In this document: positions 38,733 through 51,229 of the stretch, in pieces | How the letters are laid out: every line of letters begins with the position of its first letter | How positions within the stretch are numbered: position 1 is the first letter of the stretch | Assembly (NCBI GenBank): GCA_003693705.1 | Contig: RBZT01000711.1 | Coordinates: 4,335 to 68,334, forward strand | Direction of reading: 5' to 3' | DNA length: 64,000 nucleotides | Source: Polymyxa betae A26-41 | Taxonomy: Eukaryota > Protista > Endomyxa: Phytomyxea | The notes under the pieces: model-generated | Databases searched by the model: none | What the model was told of the DNA's origin: nothing | The model's input: only the letters and a program-made list of their open reading frames with translations | Position numbers and translations under genes: made by a program

Positions 38733-39260
38733 ATGGGTCGTGGAATGTCTCGCTACACTCTTCTGGAGAAGAAAGCCATCGCACGAAAGGCTTATGAAGA
38801 GCCTGGTCGTGTCTATGCAACAGCAAAGAAATACCTTGTTGATCTCCGAAATATTAAACGATGGAAGAAGCTTCTAGATGTGGAAACAATGAAATCGGGT
38901 GCTAAAATGCACCGTCCTAGTAGTTCTGTTCATGCGGAGGACCAGGATGTTTATGACCACCTTCTACATGACTTTGAAGTTGAAAGTGCACGTTCGGTGC
39001 CAGTTTCTGTGTCGATGTTGCTGCACGAATCTCAACGGTAAGCGGGTTTCTTGCGAACCTAGGGTTAGGGTTTGGATAAATGGTGTAGGTTTCGCCCAGG
39101 TTTTCTGGCCGACAATCCTGTGGCCCTACGAAAGCGAATATATAGATTCTTGCATCGCGAAAAGCTAGGACAGTGCCGAGCCACACATAAGGCTCAAAAT
39201 ACACGACATTGTGCTGACACAGTCGCTGATTTTGTTGCATGCGTTAATAAGCACATAGCC
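38733..39260 (+). pseudogene. pogo/Tigger-like DNA-binding fragment (Brinker-like HTH plus CENP-B-like HTH)
   Basis: RYTLLEKKAI..TAKKYLVDLRNIKRWKK and IYRFLHREKL..RATHKAQ. No DDE domain follows. Confidence 0.6.
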
Positions 39261-41159
39261 ATGATGCAATCCAACTTTTTACAGGGTGGAGAACTGTCTG
39301 GACCCAGAGCTGATGCTGATTCTTCATTGCTAAGATCAACAGCTGCTGTAGATGATATATCAGATACAATATCAACTTGGTCCATAGTGATATTTTTCTG
39401 CAAAATTTTGCTAGAGTCGACAGTCTGTGAAACAGTTTGAGGGACGATTTATTGGGCTTCGAAAAGTTTGCAGGATCTTTATCAATGACTGTAAGCACCA
39501 GGAGACTCCCCCGAATTTTTGAGATGAAAAGTCTTTCACTCACAGACTTTTAAAGCCTTTTGCGGACATCTTTATTGGATATCAAATTTCGCATAGATCT
39601 TTGCAAATGAACTCAGTCCGAGTTCGATCCGTCTCTTCTTGGCCAGAACCTACCTGCATGAAAGAGGTGCAATCCTTTCTTGGTTTTGCCAATTTTACAG
39701 ACAATTTATTTGTGAATTCGCCAAAATCTGTTTACCTCTTGACGCATTAACACGAAAGGACGTCGAATCCAAATGGGATGCGTCGTGTAGCTGGTCCTTT
39801 CAGCAGCTTAAAACCGCGTTCATTCCAGCACCTATATTGTCCACTTTCGACCCTTGTTTGCCGTTAATTGTCGAAACGGATGCATCTGACTATGCTATCG
39901 GCGCGATTCTTTCACAGACTCATAGCGATGGAGATCACCCGATCGCTTTCTTTTCTAGGAAATTAACATCAACCGAACTCAGCTACGAAGTTTACGAGAA
40001 AGAGCTGTTAGCGATTGTTGGTGCTTTCATGAGTGGAGACATTTTCTTAACGGTGTTAGCAAACCTGTGGTAGTCTGGAGCGACCATCGGAACCCGCAAT
40101 GGTTTATGACCTCGAAAAGATTTAATCGACATCAGGCTCGCTGGTCGATCTTCATGTCTGAATTTTCGTTTGTTATTCCGCATCGGGCAGGCTCACTGAA
40201 TGCCAGGGCGGACGCTTTATCACGCCGGTCTGATTACATCACTAAGACTGCTGCCACCCTGCCTGTACTTGACTCTAAATTATTCATCAATAGCATATCT
40301 GTTACCACAAACTCTGCAGATCTAGATGAACTACGCCATTATCTTCTCAACATAAGCTCGACAACTACGATGAAAAGCAGTTCTCGTTTGATAAAGGGAC
40401 GCTTTACTTTAAAACGCCAGCTCAAAGCCGACCACGCGGCCCGCCTTGATGTCCCGAGGTTAAGGCACGATTCCGTTCTTGCCGGGCATTTTGGCGTTTC
40501 TAAGACCTCTGATCTGGTAGCACACGACTATTGGTGGCCAAACATGAGTACTACGATCCGCGATTACGTTCTGTCTTGTGATGTTTGTGCACGGTCGAAA
40601 AGGTTCGCAAAAAACCTGTCGGATTATCATTGCCGCTTCCTATGGAATCTAAGCCATGAATTCAATTTCCATGGATTCAATCGTTAAGATCCCTCGTAGC
40701 TCCCATTATGATTCTATTTTAGTCATTGTAGATAGATTCACAAAAATGGTCATTTCATTCCATGTAAAGAATCCTTGACCAGTTCAGACCTTGCTTTATT
40801 TGTAGTTTCCAGCTGTGTAAAATTACATGGTCTGCCTGACAACATAGTTTCAAACAGGGGACCCCAATTCGTCAGCAAGTTTGGAAAAACCTTCTCCAAC
40901 AACTCGGCATTCAACGAAACCTTTCCTCAGCACGCCATCCAGAATCCGATGGACAAACAGAACGGGTAAATCAAATACTTCAACAATATTTGCGATGTTT
41001 TGTTATTGTTTCGCAAGACGATTGGAGTTCGCTTCTCGCAATGGCTGAATTCGCTTATAATAACAGCACACGCCCCTCTTTTAAATTTAGCCCTTTCTAT
41101 GCTAATTACGGCTATCACCCTCGTTTTGATTTCCGGTGTGCTGCATCTGGCTCTTTCTC

Positions 41160-44100
41160 GCGTCCAATAATCAGCGATCTTCGCATCGCGGCAAACGAGG
41201 AGGGCGTAAATTTCAATCCAAACCCAAAACGGAAGATATCATTTGTAAAAGATGTCAAGAAAAAGGGCATTACGCGAGTGACTGCACGGCACCGGCGCCA
41301 AAACCGAAGCCTTTTAAGACTGAGACTTCTTTCGCCGCATCGTTTTTCGGAAAGGTCGCCGAGCCGGAATGTGAAGCTAAACAGCGATGGTTCATAGACT
41401 CAGGAGCCCGCGCTCACATGACTGGTGATAGCTCGCTGCACAATGATGACGTTAATCCTACCCCATCTTCCACCTGCGTGACGATTGGAAACGGCTCAAC
41501 CATGAAGGCGGAATACTTTGCTAGCGCTTCTGCTGGACCTGTGAAATTGCAGAACGTTTGGTACATACCCGGAATGGCTGCAAATTTGATCTCTGTTGAT
41601 AAGGCAGGGTTGACGAAATTGTGTTCAAGCGGAAATCGATGTCTGTGCTATTTACCAAAGGTGGATCCGTTATTGCAACTGGTTCCAGAAGGGCAAATTT
41701 ACTCGCCCTCGAGAATCAGACCGCTGTTATGTGCGATACAGAACCGAAACCAGCTCGAGCAAAACCAACTGATGATTATCATGGCTGGCATCTTCGTCTC
41801 GGCCATTTACATTACTACGCCATTCGTCAATTAGCAAAACCTGGAATTATTGTTGTCACTGGAAGTATTCCCAGCGTGCCGTGTGAAGCCTGTTTACTAG
41901 GAAAAACAAGTCGACTCCCATTCGGCAATCGTCCCCTGCCAATTCGTTCAAGTTCACCTTGTGAAATCATTCATAATGATGTTTGTGGCAAACTTCCCAC
42001 AACTGTACTGCGAGGCGAAAACATTTTTGTTACCTTTATTGACGATTTTTCACGTTTTTCGGCAGTTTATGCAATCCGCAGCAACGCCGAGACGATTACA
42101 AAATTCAAAGAATTCGTCTCCGCTATTGAAACGGAGTTGGGAACAAGGGAAGTCAAAACACTAATTTCTCAGATAACGGGGGCGAGTACATAGTCGACGA
42201 GTTCGTGGCCTATTTGAAAAAAAGGGAATTCGTCACGAGAGAACACCTCCTTATACCCCTCAACTAAATGGAGTCGCCGAACGCGCCAACCGAACGCTAA
42301 TGGAAATGGCAAGATCTATGATGGCGCCGATAGACTGCCCGCGCTCATGGTGGCCCGACGCGATAATCTATGCAGCTTATGTTCGCAATCGGGCGCCTTC
42401 CCGATCAATCAATGGCGACACTCCTTACCACCGTCGTTTTGGTAAAATACCGAATCTTGAAATGGTCCACACATTTGGTTGCTAAGCTTACGCCATGATT
42501 CCAGATGAGCATCGTAATAAGCTCGACTACAAAGCACAACCATGGAGATTCATCGGTATTGCTCAAGGCGAAAATGGGTACCTGTTACGAACCTCAGCTG
42601 GAACTACAATCATGTCACGCGAAGTTCGAACTTTTCTGGATAAGCCCAATCTTACGCCACCCTATACAACACCTACGGTACCTCATGAGGAGGGAATCAC
42701 TGACGAAAATGATGTTACTATCTCCGATTCTTCTGATATCGATGAACATGCGGATGACGAAGATGTTGTATCTGCCGACCTTGAGGATACAAAAGCTGCC
42801 AAATCAAACGAACATACATCACAAGATCCTCAGAACGTGAGCTCTACCAGGTATGGCCGTCGAACCTATGCACCGCTGCGTTGGATCGACGAAGTTCATT
42901 GCACATATAGTTACTCAGCACGTGAACTCTCGCTTTCAGCACCAGCATCCTATCATCTGGCTGTTACTGGTCCGGATCGTGATGAATGGCTCGCTGCAAT
43001 GACGAACGAAATTGAAAGTATGGAACGCAATAAGACCTGGGAATTGGTCGTACCTCCCAGAAATGTAAATTTTTTGGGCTGCCGGTGGGTCTACAAAATC
43101 AAGACCGATTTAGATGGAAACGTAGACAAATACAAAGCTGGCCTAGTCGCACGTGGTTTCTCCAAAGTCCATGGCGCTGATTACACCCACACATTTGCTC
43201 CGGAAATTTCTCTTGCGAGCCTAACAATATTTTTCAGTATAGCCGCTTCGCTTCGGGTACGACCTCATCACCTCGATGTGGTTACAGCATTTCTGAATTC
43301 GCCGCTATCTGAGACCATTTACATGCGTCAACCGCAGGACTTCGAAAAGCAAGGACAGAATGGCGAACAATTGGTTTGCAAATTGAACCGAGCAGTCAAT
43401 GGCCTGAAACAATCAGGTCGTGAGTGGTGGAAGACCGTTTCCAACACACTTCTGGAAATAGGTTTCAAGCCGACTGCCGCAGAGCCTTGCCTTTTCTTTC
43501 GTGGATCTTGTGATCTGATCGTTATTCTCGCTCTATACGTTGATGATATTGGAATTGCAACTAAAGATATGAATCAATTACAGGAAATCAAATCGACTTG
43601 GCGTCTAAGCACCGCATCAAAGACCTCGGCGAAATGTCCATCATTTTGGGCATGAAAGTGGACTTTGATGAAGTCTCCGGATCCATCACTTTATCACAAA
43701 GTGCTTACATCGAGCAGATCCTGAAGAAATACGAGGTGACCAATTGCAAATGAGCCGTGACACCGTTGCCAGGAGGGACCGTTCTTCTCCCAAATTCTGA
43801 CGATGAGAAGGACAATAACTTACCTTACCGTGAATGTATAAGCAGCTTAATTTACGCATCGAGCTCTACACGTCCAGATACCTCTGTCGCTGTTAATTTA
43901 TGTTCGCGTTTTGTATCAAATCCTTCTAAAATGCATGTCACTGCTCTACAACATATTCTTCGCTATCTTCGCGCTTACCCAGACATCGGCATTACATTCT
44001 CTGACAAAACACGCAATGGCAACCCTCAGCTGCACGTTTACGTCGATGCTGACTGGGCTGCTGATCAACATTAGAGAAAATCGATTTCTGGTATCGTTGG

Positions 44101-44641
44101 CATACTTAACTGCCCGATTTTCTGGTCTTCGAAGCGACAGCAGTGTGTCGCTCTATCCAGTACTGGAGCCGAGTATGTCGCCGCATCAGCCGCCTGCCAA
44201 CAACTTCAATGGTGTCGTCAAGTTCTGAATGAGATCGGAATTAAACAAGACACTACCGACGTATAAGAAGACAATCAAGCGACTATTGCTTTGGCGCTTT
44301 CCGAAAGCATCACACGGCGTTACAAACATATCGATGTCCGCCATCATCTCATACGCCAATTGGTCCAAGACGGCGTCGTGCGACTCCAATACTGCAAGTC
44401 GGAAGACAACCTAGCAGATATAATGACGACAGCACTCACTCCTGATAAATTCAAGAAACCGCGTACACAACTCACTTACACTCCAAGTGGCCGCGCTGAT
44501 ATCTGAGGAGGGTGTTGAAAACCCTAAACCCTAAGATCAGTTTACATCTATCAGGCGCGTGCTTGCTCGTGCCTCTCTGACTTTTTTTAATTTACCTATA
44601 TCAAAGACAAATCCGTAATCCTAACTTTAATATCAGAAACA
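41160..44641 (+). mobile_element. Copia-5: 5'-truncated Copia inside Gypsy-A
   Basis: CKRCQEKGHYASDC, WFIDSGA, WHLRLGH, QLNGVAER, LYVDD, YVDADWA, KHIDVRHH. PPT GAGGAGGG, then LTR from TGTTG at 44513 (right end approximate). Confidence 0.92.
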
Positions 44642-44899
44642 GCAGCGGATTCATCACTTATAGCAGAGTTTATTTCGGTAACCATGGTGGTATCCATTAG
44701 AAACATACAAACTCGGTGTGAAACTGGGAAGACACCGACTTTTGATAGTCTTCCCAGTTTCACTCCTAGTTTGTATGACTGGCTGTCTCATAGAGAGGCC
44801 GCTGTCAGGATCAAACAGAGTTTGCACTGAACTCAGGGCAGCGCCACAGACTTTAAGGCAATTTACGGAAAGATCTAAAGATCAGTTCGTTCTTTCTTA

Positions 44900-47800
44900 G
44901 CTTTCTCAGATGTCTCCAACTTTACAATCTTCTCATGTTTCTGAAGTCGTTGCTGACCCGGTCGACACCAAGCAGCTATTTCGATCGATTCGGTTCGTAC
45001 ATCACGATGACGCGTTGCGTAGTGTTCATTATATTTTTGGACATTGCAATACGATCATCGAGTCGTACGGACTTTCTGCACCTTTTAATACACACCTAGA
45101 TCTGCGTGTCAACAAATTGACGCCATTATTTCGGCCGTTTATCCTCATGTTCTGCATGATTTTTTACGTATTCGGCTCAACCTGGATAAAATAGATTGTC
45201 GTTCAGATTTGCCCAAGTTTTTCAATTTTATGGTCGAGACTTTATATGACTTTTTAATCCTCTATCGGCGGTACCGACCCAACGTCATCCGGGTCAGTCA
45301 CGACCTTTACGTTGCCTCCACTGTCAGGAGGCCCACCATGTTTTGGACTGTCCACGGTATTCACCCGAGGAGGCCAAGCGCCTCATCAGCTCGCAACCGC
45401 ACGCAGGCAACTACGCCTTTCTTGGGTCCTAGCTCCTTCTCTGAGCGTGCAACACCGCAGACTCCTGCGATGTCGGCTACCGCTCAGCGGTCTTTCCCTT
45501 TCTCCCACGCCGGAGTCTTCTAAGGCACACTCTCGGGCACCTTCGCGAAATGACCCCCCTGCTTCTGTCCACGCTGGCTTTAAAACGGAATCACGTGCGT
45601 TTCGCGTTTCCACTGTTTCATCCCAGAACGTCGACGACGCGGATGATTTCTGGACACAACCTCACGTCACATCGTACGTGGAAGTCGTCTCTTCTGAACC
45701 TCTTGAGTCAGGTTCAACCACTGAAAATGATGCTACCCAACCAACAGTCAGGAGCGGCAAGAAACTAGGAGAGAATCGAACAGGAGACGCGGAACTAGGA
45801 GATCTCGGGGCCGTGAGATTCTAAGGAACGAGGACGATGGAACGATAGGGTTTCTTAGGAGCAGGCGGGAGTTAGAAGGTGTGATAGTTTATCAAGCAAT
45901 ATCAAGTCTGGAGCGCAGTCGGGCTGTGCAACCAACCCTGAAGCCAAGACGAAGTGCGTAGAATGTTCTTCGGAACCACATTCTCGGCACGGACATTCTG
46001 CAATACGCACATTCCTGACACCAACTCAAGTCAACAAAGTCAGCTCTGGCCACAACGTTTCCTACCGATCTTTGGATTCTTTTACGCGTTTACATTCTGT
46101 TCAATTGAATGTTTGTGAAAAATCTTTTGCTTTTTCGGCCGCTCTAGATGACGGTGCTAACATTACACTTAGGGGTTCGAATATCTGGGAAGGTCTTGAA
46201 TCTAATGGAATTTCTTCTAAACCCGTTAATATGAAATTCAACTTAGCGGATGGCTCTTCGTCTATCGCCAGTAAGGCTATTTATGTAGATTTACATCTGC
46301 AGACTTCCGCTGGTCCTGTCATTGCCAGTAATCAGGAGGTCTTTATTGCTGATATCGCTATTACGGACATTTTGCTGGGTCGTCCACTCCTATTTTCTTT
46401 AGGTATTGATGTGGAGCGACAGTTGTTCGACCTTGCCGTCAACTCTGATGTCCCTATTCCTGCTGAATCTCATTTGGATGATAGTGATTTCGAACATTTT
46501 CCTTTTGGTGATCTCGATCATTCCGCAGTTGTTGAGGCGTTACAGGAGGCCCTATCAGCCGCTGCGTCCCACGCTCCTGCTTCGTTCGTCCACGAACTCA
46601 AGAAACTACTATTTGATTTTGTGGACATCTTCCGGGTCCAATTAGGTCCTGACCCTCCAGTTGACATAGAGCCTGCACTTCTTCAATTGTTACCGGACTC
46701 TAAGCCTACGTTGTGTAAGCCACGTTCAATTCCTCCCCTTTACTCTGAATTTTTATCCCAGCAGTTTGGTTACGGTTTCTTAACCCTAACTCTCGCTGGG
46801 CCTCCCCCGCTTTTTGCGTTCCTAAGCCTGGTCCGAACCGCTCCTTACGTTCGGTTTGTGATTTGCGCGTTCCGAACTCTATGATGCGCCGCCTCTCCTA
46901 CCCGATGCCACACCTACTGTCGCTCGGCGAGTATCTTTCGGAGTCCGCAGTGTTCTTCATACTCGATGCGTTCAAGGGCTTCTGGCAGATTCTAATTGCT
47001 GGAGATGTTGAAAGTCAATCTATGTCAACCCCGATCGGCATTTTTTCTCCTACCAGATTACCACAGGGAAATTTAAATTCTGTATTTATTTTTCAAAATG
47101 CTATGGACACTATTTTTCGATCAGATTTGTCGCCTCGCGAGTTTTTGATCTGGATTGATGACCTACTGGGTCACGCCCAGGACTCCGAATCTCTGCTTCG
47201 TACACTTCGTCCTGTTTTCGGGCTATGTCGGAAGTTTCGACTGAAACTGAATGCGGCTCAATGTAATTTTTTTCTACTCGAAGCTAAATGGTGCGGGAAG
47301 ATGTATTTTCGTGGTGGCTGTAACCATGACCCTGCTCGTACTGCAGCTTTACGTTCCATGGCGCGGCCTCGCACTGCTGGCGATTTGATGCAGTTTGTCT
47401 GCGCATGTACGTGGCTGAGTCCGCACATTCCTGATTTTGCTCGACTTATTAACCCGTTGCGCACTTTGCTTGACAGTTTACTTAAGCAGAGCAAGGATCG
47501 CTCGAAAGCTTCTGCCCGTCGCAGCAGTATTGCTGAAGGGCTCTGGACTCAGTCTGTCTCACAATCTTTTCAGCATATGCTCTCTGCGTTAGATCATTGC
47601 GTTTCCCTTTCTCACCCACGTAGCGATCTGGAACGCTGTGTTTTCCATGATTCTTCTGGGGATTTTTGTTCGGTTATCATCACTCAGGTATCTCTGTCGG
47701 AGCTTTCGAAACCTATTTCGGATCAGTTCCACGAGCCACTGGCGTTCTATAGCAAGCCTTTCATTGGCGCCTCTTTACGCTGGTCTGTTCCGGAAAAGGA

Positions 47801-49880
47801 GGCTTACTGTATTATCGAAGCCATTGATCGTTTTGACTATCTTTTGCTGTGCTATCGACCTTTCCGCATTTTTACAGATCATCGGAATTTAACTTTTATT
47901 TTTGATCCTGAATCTTCTTCTCTTCATCTTAAACGACATTCTATTGATAAGCTTCATCGTTGGAGTCCACGATTAAGTAGTTTGAACTACGTTATCGAAC
48001 ATATCCCGGGTCATCTTAGCGTCTGGGTCGACATGTGAACTCGGTGGGCCGCGCCACGCTCCAATTCTTCCGTTGTCCGGCGTGTTGTAATTCCTCATGG
48101 GATTGCGCAGCCCGTCCAGTCTCCGGACTTTTGTTTTCCCGCACCTGAACATATTATAAGCGCTCAGCAAGCTGAGTCCCCGGACTCCGCAGGTTTCAGC
48201 CATGGCCCTTTGCGTTCTATATTGAACGATTCTGGAGTAGTTTTCGCCACCGATTCCGGTGTCATTTGGATACCTGACGGTGCTTCTGACCTGCAGCTTC
48301 GCCTTATGATCATCGCGCATTGCGGAGTCAGCGGACATCGAGGGACAGTGGCTACCTACGATGCCTTCTTCCCGTTTCTTTTGTCCAGTATGCGCGCTGA
48401 TCTTGACGTTTATTTTGAAACAGTAGCTTCACTGTCTTCCGGACCGTGGTGGCGATACCGTTCCTCGACCTTTCGGAGCTATTATTGAACCTCGATTTCG
48501 AAATGAAATTATGATTTCGATTATCTTTATTTGCAACCTGCCCGTGACGGTAACGCATATCTTCTTGTTATCCGCGATCCTTTGTCAGGTTTCTGCGACC
48601 TTTTCCCTACATCTCCCACCGCTCGGCATACGGCGGAATGCCTCCTCGACTGGTTCTCCAGCTTCGGTATTGCGTCAACTTGGGTCAGCGATCGCGGTAC
48701 ACGCTTCCTAAATCAGACTTTTGCGGAACTCTCTTCTATTTTAGGTTCACAACATTACGTTCATATTGCGAACTGCCCCTGGGCTCATGGCGCTATCGAG
48801 AACCTTAACCGACGAATTTTGTCAGTTTTTCGTTCATTATGCTCTGAGTTTCGCATTGAATTTAAAGATTGGCCGTTTTGTATTTCTTTGGTTCGGTTCG
48901 CTTTAAACAATTCTATTTCGCCAAACACGAAATACGCTCCGGTTGAATTAATGACTGGCCTTCCACCCAGCTCTGCTCTAGACACTGTCTGGCATCCTTT
49001 AAAATCTGAATTTGTTACCGCTCCATTGCCGCAAAGCAAGCTGGATAGTATGCTGTTTGACCTGAAGACTTCTTTAGCTGAGTTGCATCGGCATACTCTT
49101 GATGTGCGCAACGCTGCGCACCTTCGCGCAAATCGCCGACGCCGCGCCCCGCTTGCGAACTTCACTGTTGGTGATTTTGTACTATATTCTTCTCATGTCT
49201 CGAAGCCGAAACTTTCCTTTTCTTGGCGAGGTCCTGCTCGCGTCGTTGAGTGTCGTTCCGAGCATATCTACTTAATTGAGAATCTTATCACCCACGAAGT
49301 TTTCGAATGCCATGCACAACGTTTACAATTTTATTCTGACTCTTCTTTGAATGTGACCCAGAGTCTTCGTGACCAGAATGCATTTGACGATACTGGCTAT
49401 GAAGTCGAAACCATCTTAGACGCCAAGAAGGACAAGCGTATTTGGAAGCTCTTAATCCGCTGGCGTGGCCTCTCAGAAGAATATGATTCTTGGGAGACTT
49501 TTGCATCTTTAAGACGCGATATTCTAGTTTACCTCAAGCAGTTACTTTAATCCTCTGCGCTTCCTGAGGCTCCCGAGCTCCTCGGACTTCTTTCTCGCGA
49601 GAGGGAGATGTGACGCACTTTTCTTCCAAACTCTTGCGCCAGAACTGCGCTTCTGTATTGGTATGAAAAATTTTCTTTCTTTCTTCACTTTCCTGATCCT
49701 AAACTATCGGTCCTTCCCCTAATGCGTCGTCCCGATCCTGAATCTACAGTGCCGTGACGGCCTTTTCTTTGAATACACAGTCTTCGTGTTTTCCTCCAAT
49801 TGTTCTTGTCTCGAGTCGCTCGTGGTGCCTTTTGGCGGTTTGAGTCTGTCTTGTTGGACGATTCTTCTAAAGTTGTCACA
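44900..49880 (+). mobile_element. Gypsy-B: chromodomain-bearing Gypsy lacking its 5' LTR
   Basis: Protease ALDDGA (46072-), RT WIDD and RNase H (46863-48038), integrase and chromodomain LLIRWRGLSEEYDSWE (48531-49550). PPT GAGAGGGAGA. LTR TGTGAC..GTCACA at 49609-49880. Confidence 0.92.
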
Positions 49881-51229
49881 GGGTATAATGTCATGAATGC
49901 GCGACCCCCAATAGTGCAGCTCAACTGCGACGGACGTGCAGCTTCCAGTTTCAGTCACAGTGTCAGAATAAACGACTGCAACTTGTTTGGTCGAGCTGAG
50001 GTTAGCTCAGTTCGATCAACACCGGTTTTGGACTAATACTTGCTTCGTTCTCGTATTCTTCGCTCTCGACTCTCGTTTTAGATATATTAACTTCTGTTTA
50101 TTCTCGTTCCGATCCCAATTATCCATATTCCCCCCTCTCGCCTCTAGTTAGTCCATTACATTAATCTTGCCGTAGTATTCATCGGTATCCTGGTCGGTGC
50201 CGACAGCTGCGTCTGATGTTGCTTTTTGTAAGCTTGAGTGACTGCCAAGTCTTCTTTAATAGAAACGTTCCTCACTCCTAGTTGTTTGCCCTTACGACGG
50301 ACAATGCTGTCTCTAACGCTGATTGCATATATCCATTGTAACAGAGCTATCAAACCGATAATCAAATTTAATACGCAGTTTAATGATAAATTAAATGTAA
50401 TGCTTGCGAAAGTGTTTGATGTTGCCCTGTGGAAGCTGAATTCATTATCTTTATCATTATTTAAATGATAATTATAAAGATAAAGTGCGCCCGGTGCCCA
50501 TGCCCTAATGGATGATGTTTGATGAATGTTAAAAGACATGACGAACATAATTAGATGAACGCTGATGATTCAGGGTCTAGGTACAAAAACCCTAAAAACC
50601 TAAACGAAATAAATAATTTTTCAAGGACAAGCGAGATTTTGAGGAGGGGAGTGTAGAAAGTTGGTATAGTTCATCAAAAGATATCAAGAAAACTACAAGA
50701 TTTTCAAGCTACGACCAGGCTGCCCTAAGAACTTCGTCCCAGACTCCTTACGGACTCCGCGACGGCATTTGGGCCCTGGAGCCTTTTGGGGAACTGAATA
50801 CAGACATTGTTGATTTTACCTTCATTCTTATGGATCTGATCGTAGAATCGAGAGGATTGCTCCACTAGCTATCGAATCAATAGCAAACAATTCGTTACAC
50901 AAACATCTTTGCAGGAAAATTCTTCAAAGAACATGCAGAGAAACACGAACTTCTGAAGAAATCTTCAGAATTCAAACGCGCCTGAAAAATGAAATGCTCA
51001 ATAAGGCGGCATTGGAAATAATGATACTGAAAAAACAGCATTGTCTTTTGACCGAACAGGAATTCCTTGAGCAAGCGAAACTGCTTAACTGACCGGCGAC
51101 TTTATAGTCAAATACAAACTCTGCTGGTCTCAATCATCATCATCAACTTCGCCGTCCCAGGCGCCTCCTTCGAGAGCACCTAAATCAATTAGTTGCAGAT
51201 TATTTCGGCAGCGATGTTGACAATTCGTC

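Larger units (their letters stand above)
37321..39573. mobile_element. Harbinger-superfamily (PHIS) transposon inserted in Gypsy-A RT
   Basis: TIRs AAAGGTGTCCGCGAA and TTTGCGGACATCTTT, TSD ATT. Removal restores VDFIGYQIS. Confidence 0.88.
34247..50160 (+). mobile_element. Gypsy-A: Ty3/Gypsy (Tf1/sushi-like) LTR retrotransposon with nested insertions
   Basis: LTRs at 34247-34516 and 49889-50160 (7 substitutions plus a 2-bp indel). TSD TTAAT. gag with CLYCGGEHLISHC, protease LIDSGA, RT (LRLCVDYR, YLDD) ~36750-37320, RNase H (ETDASD) 39640-40250, integrase 40440-41140. Confidence 0.96.
33527..50310 (-). pseudogene. Harbinger ORF2 (Myb/SANT plus NAM-associated-like), split by Gypsy-A into 33527-34246 and 50161-50310
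   Basis: N-terminal part NVSIKEDLAVTQAY..D..VGTDQD lies after the 3' LTR. C-terminal part RPEIGKKAAKK lies before the 5' LTR. Confidence 0.75.
32096..50505. mobile_element. Pong-type PIF/Harbinger transposon (about 2.5 kb of own sequence) containing the Gypsy-A nest
   Basis: Imperfect TIRs GAGCAAGAGCACCGCGCGC and GCGCCCGGTGCCCATGCCC. TAA TSD at 32093-32095 and 50506-50508. Convergent transposase and Myb-like ORFs. Confidence 0.85.
31235..50700 (+). mobile_element. Gypsy-C: 3' remnant (integrase C-terminus, chromodomain, 3' UTR, PPT, start of LTR), interrupted by the Pong element
   Basis: PNFGVGDYVLV, KWRGPYRI and LLVEWKGFTEDENSWEP (31360-31840). A GAT-rich UTR continues across the 32096-50505 insertion to PPT GAGGAGGGGAG (50641-50651) followed by TGTAG at 50652. 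Confidence 0.7.

Noticed and set aside
44688-44700. TGGTATC as the PBS of Gypsy-B
   Set aside because: Only a 7-nt match to tRNAiMet, and no copy of the Gypsy-B LTR precedes it.
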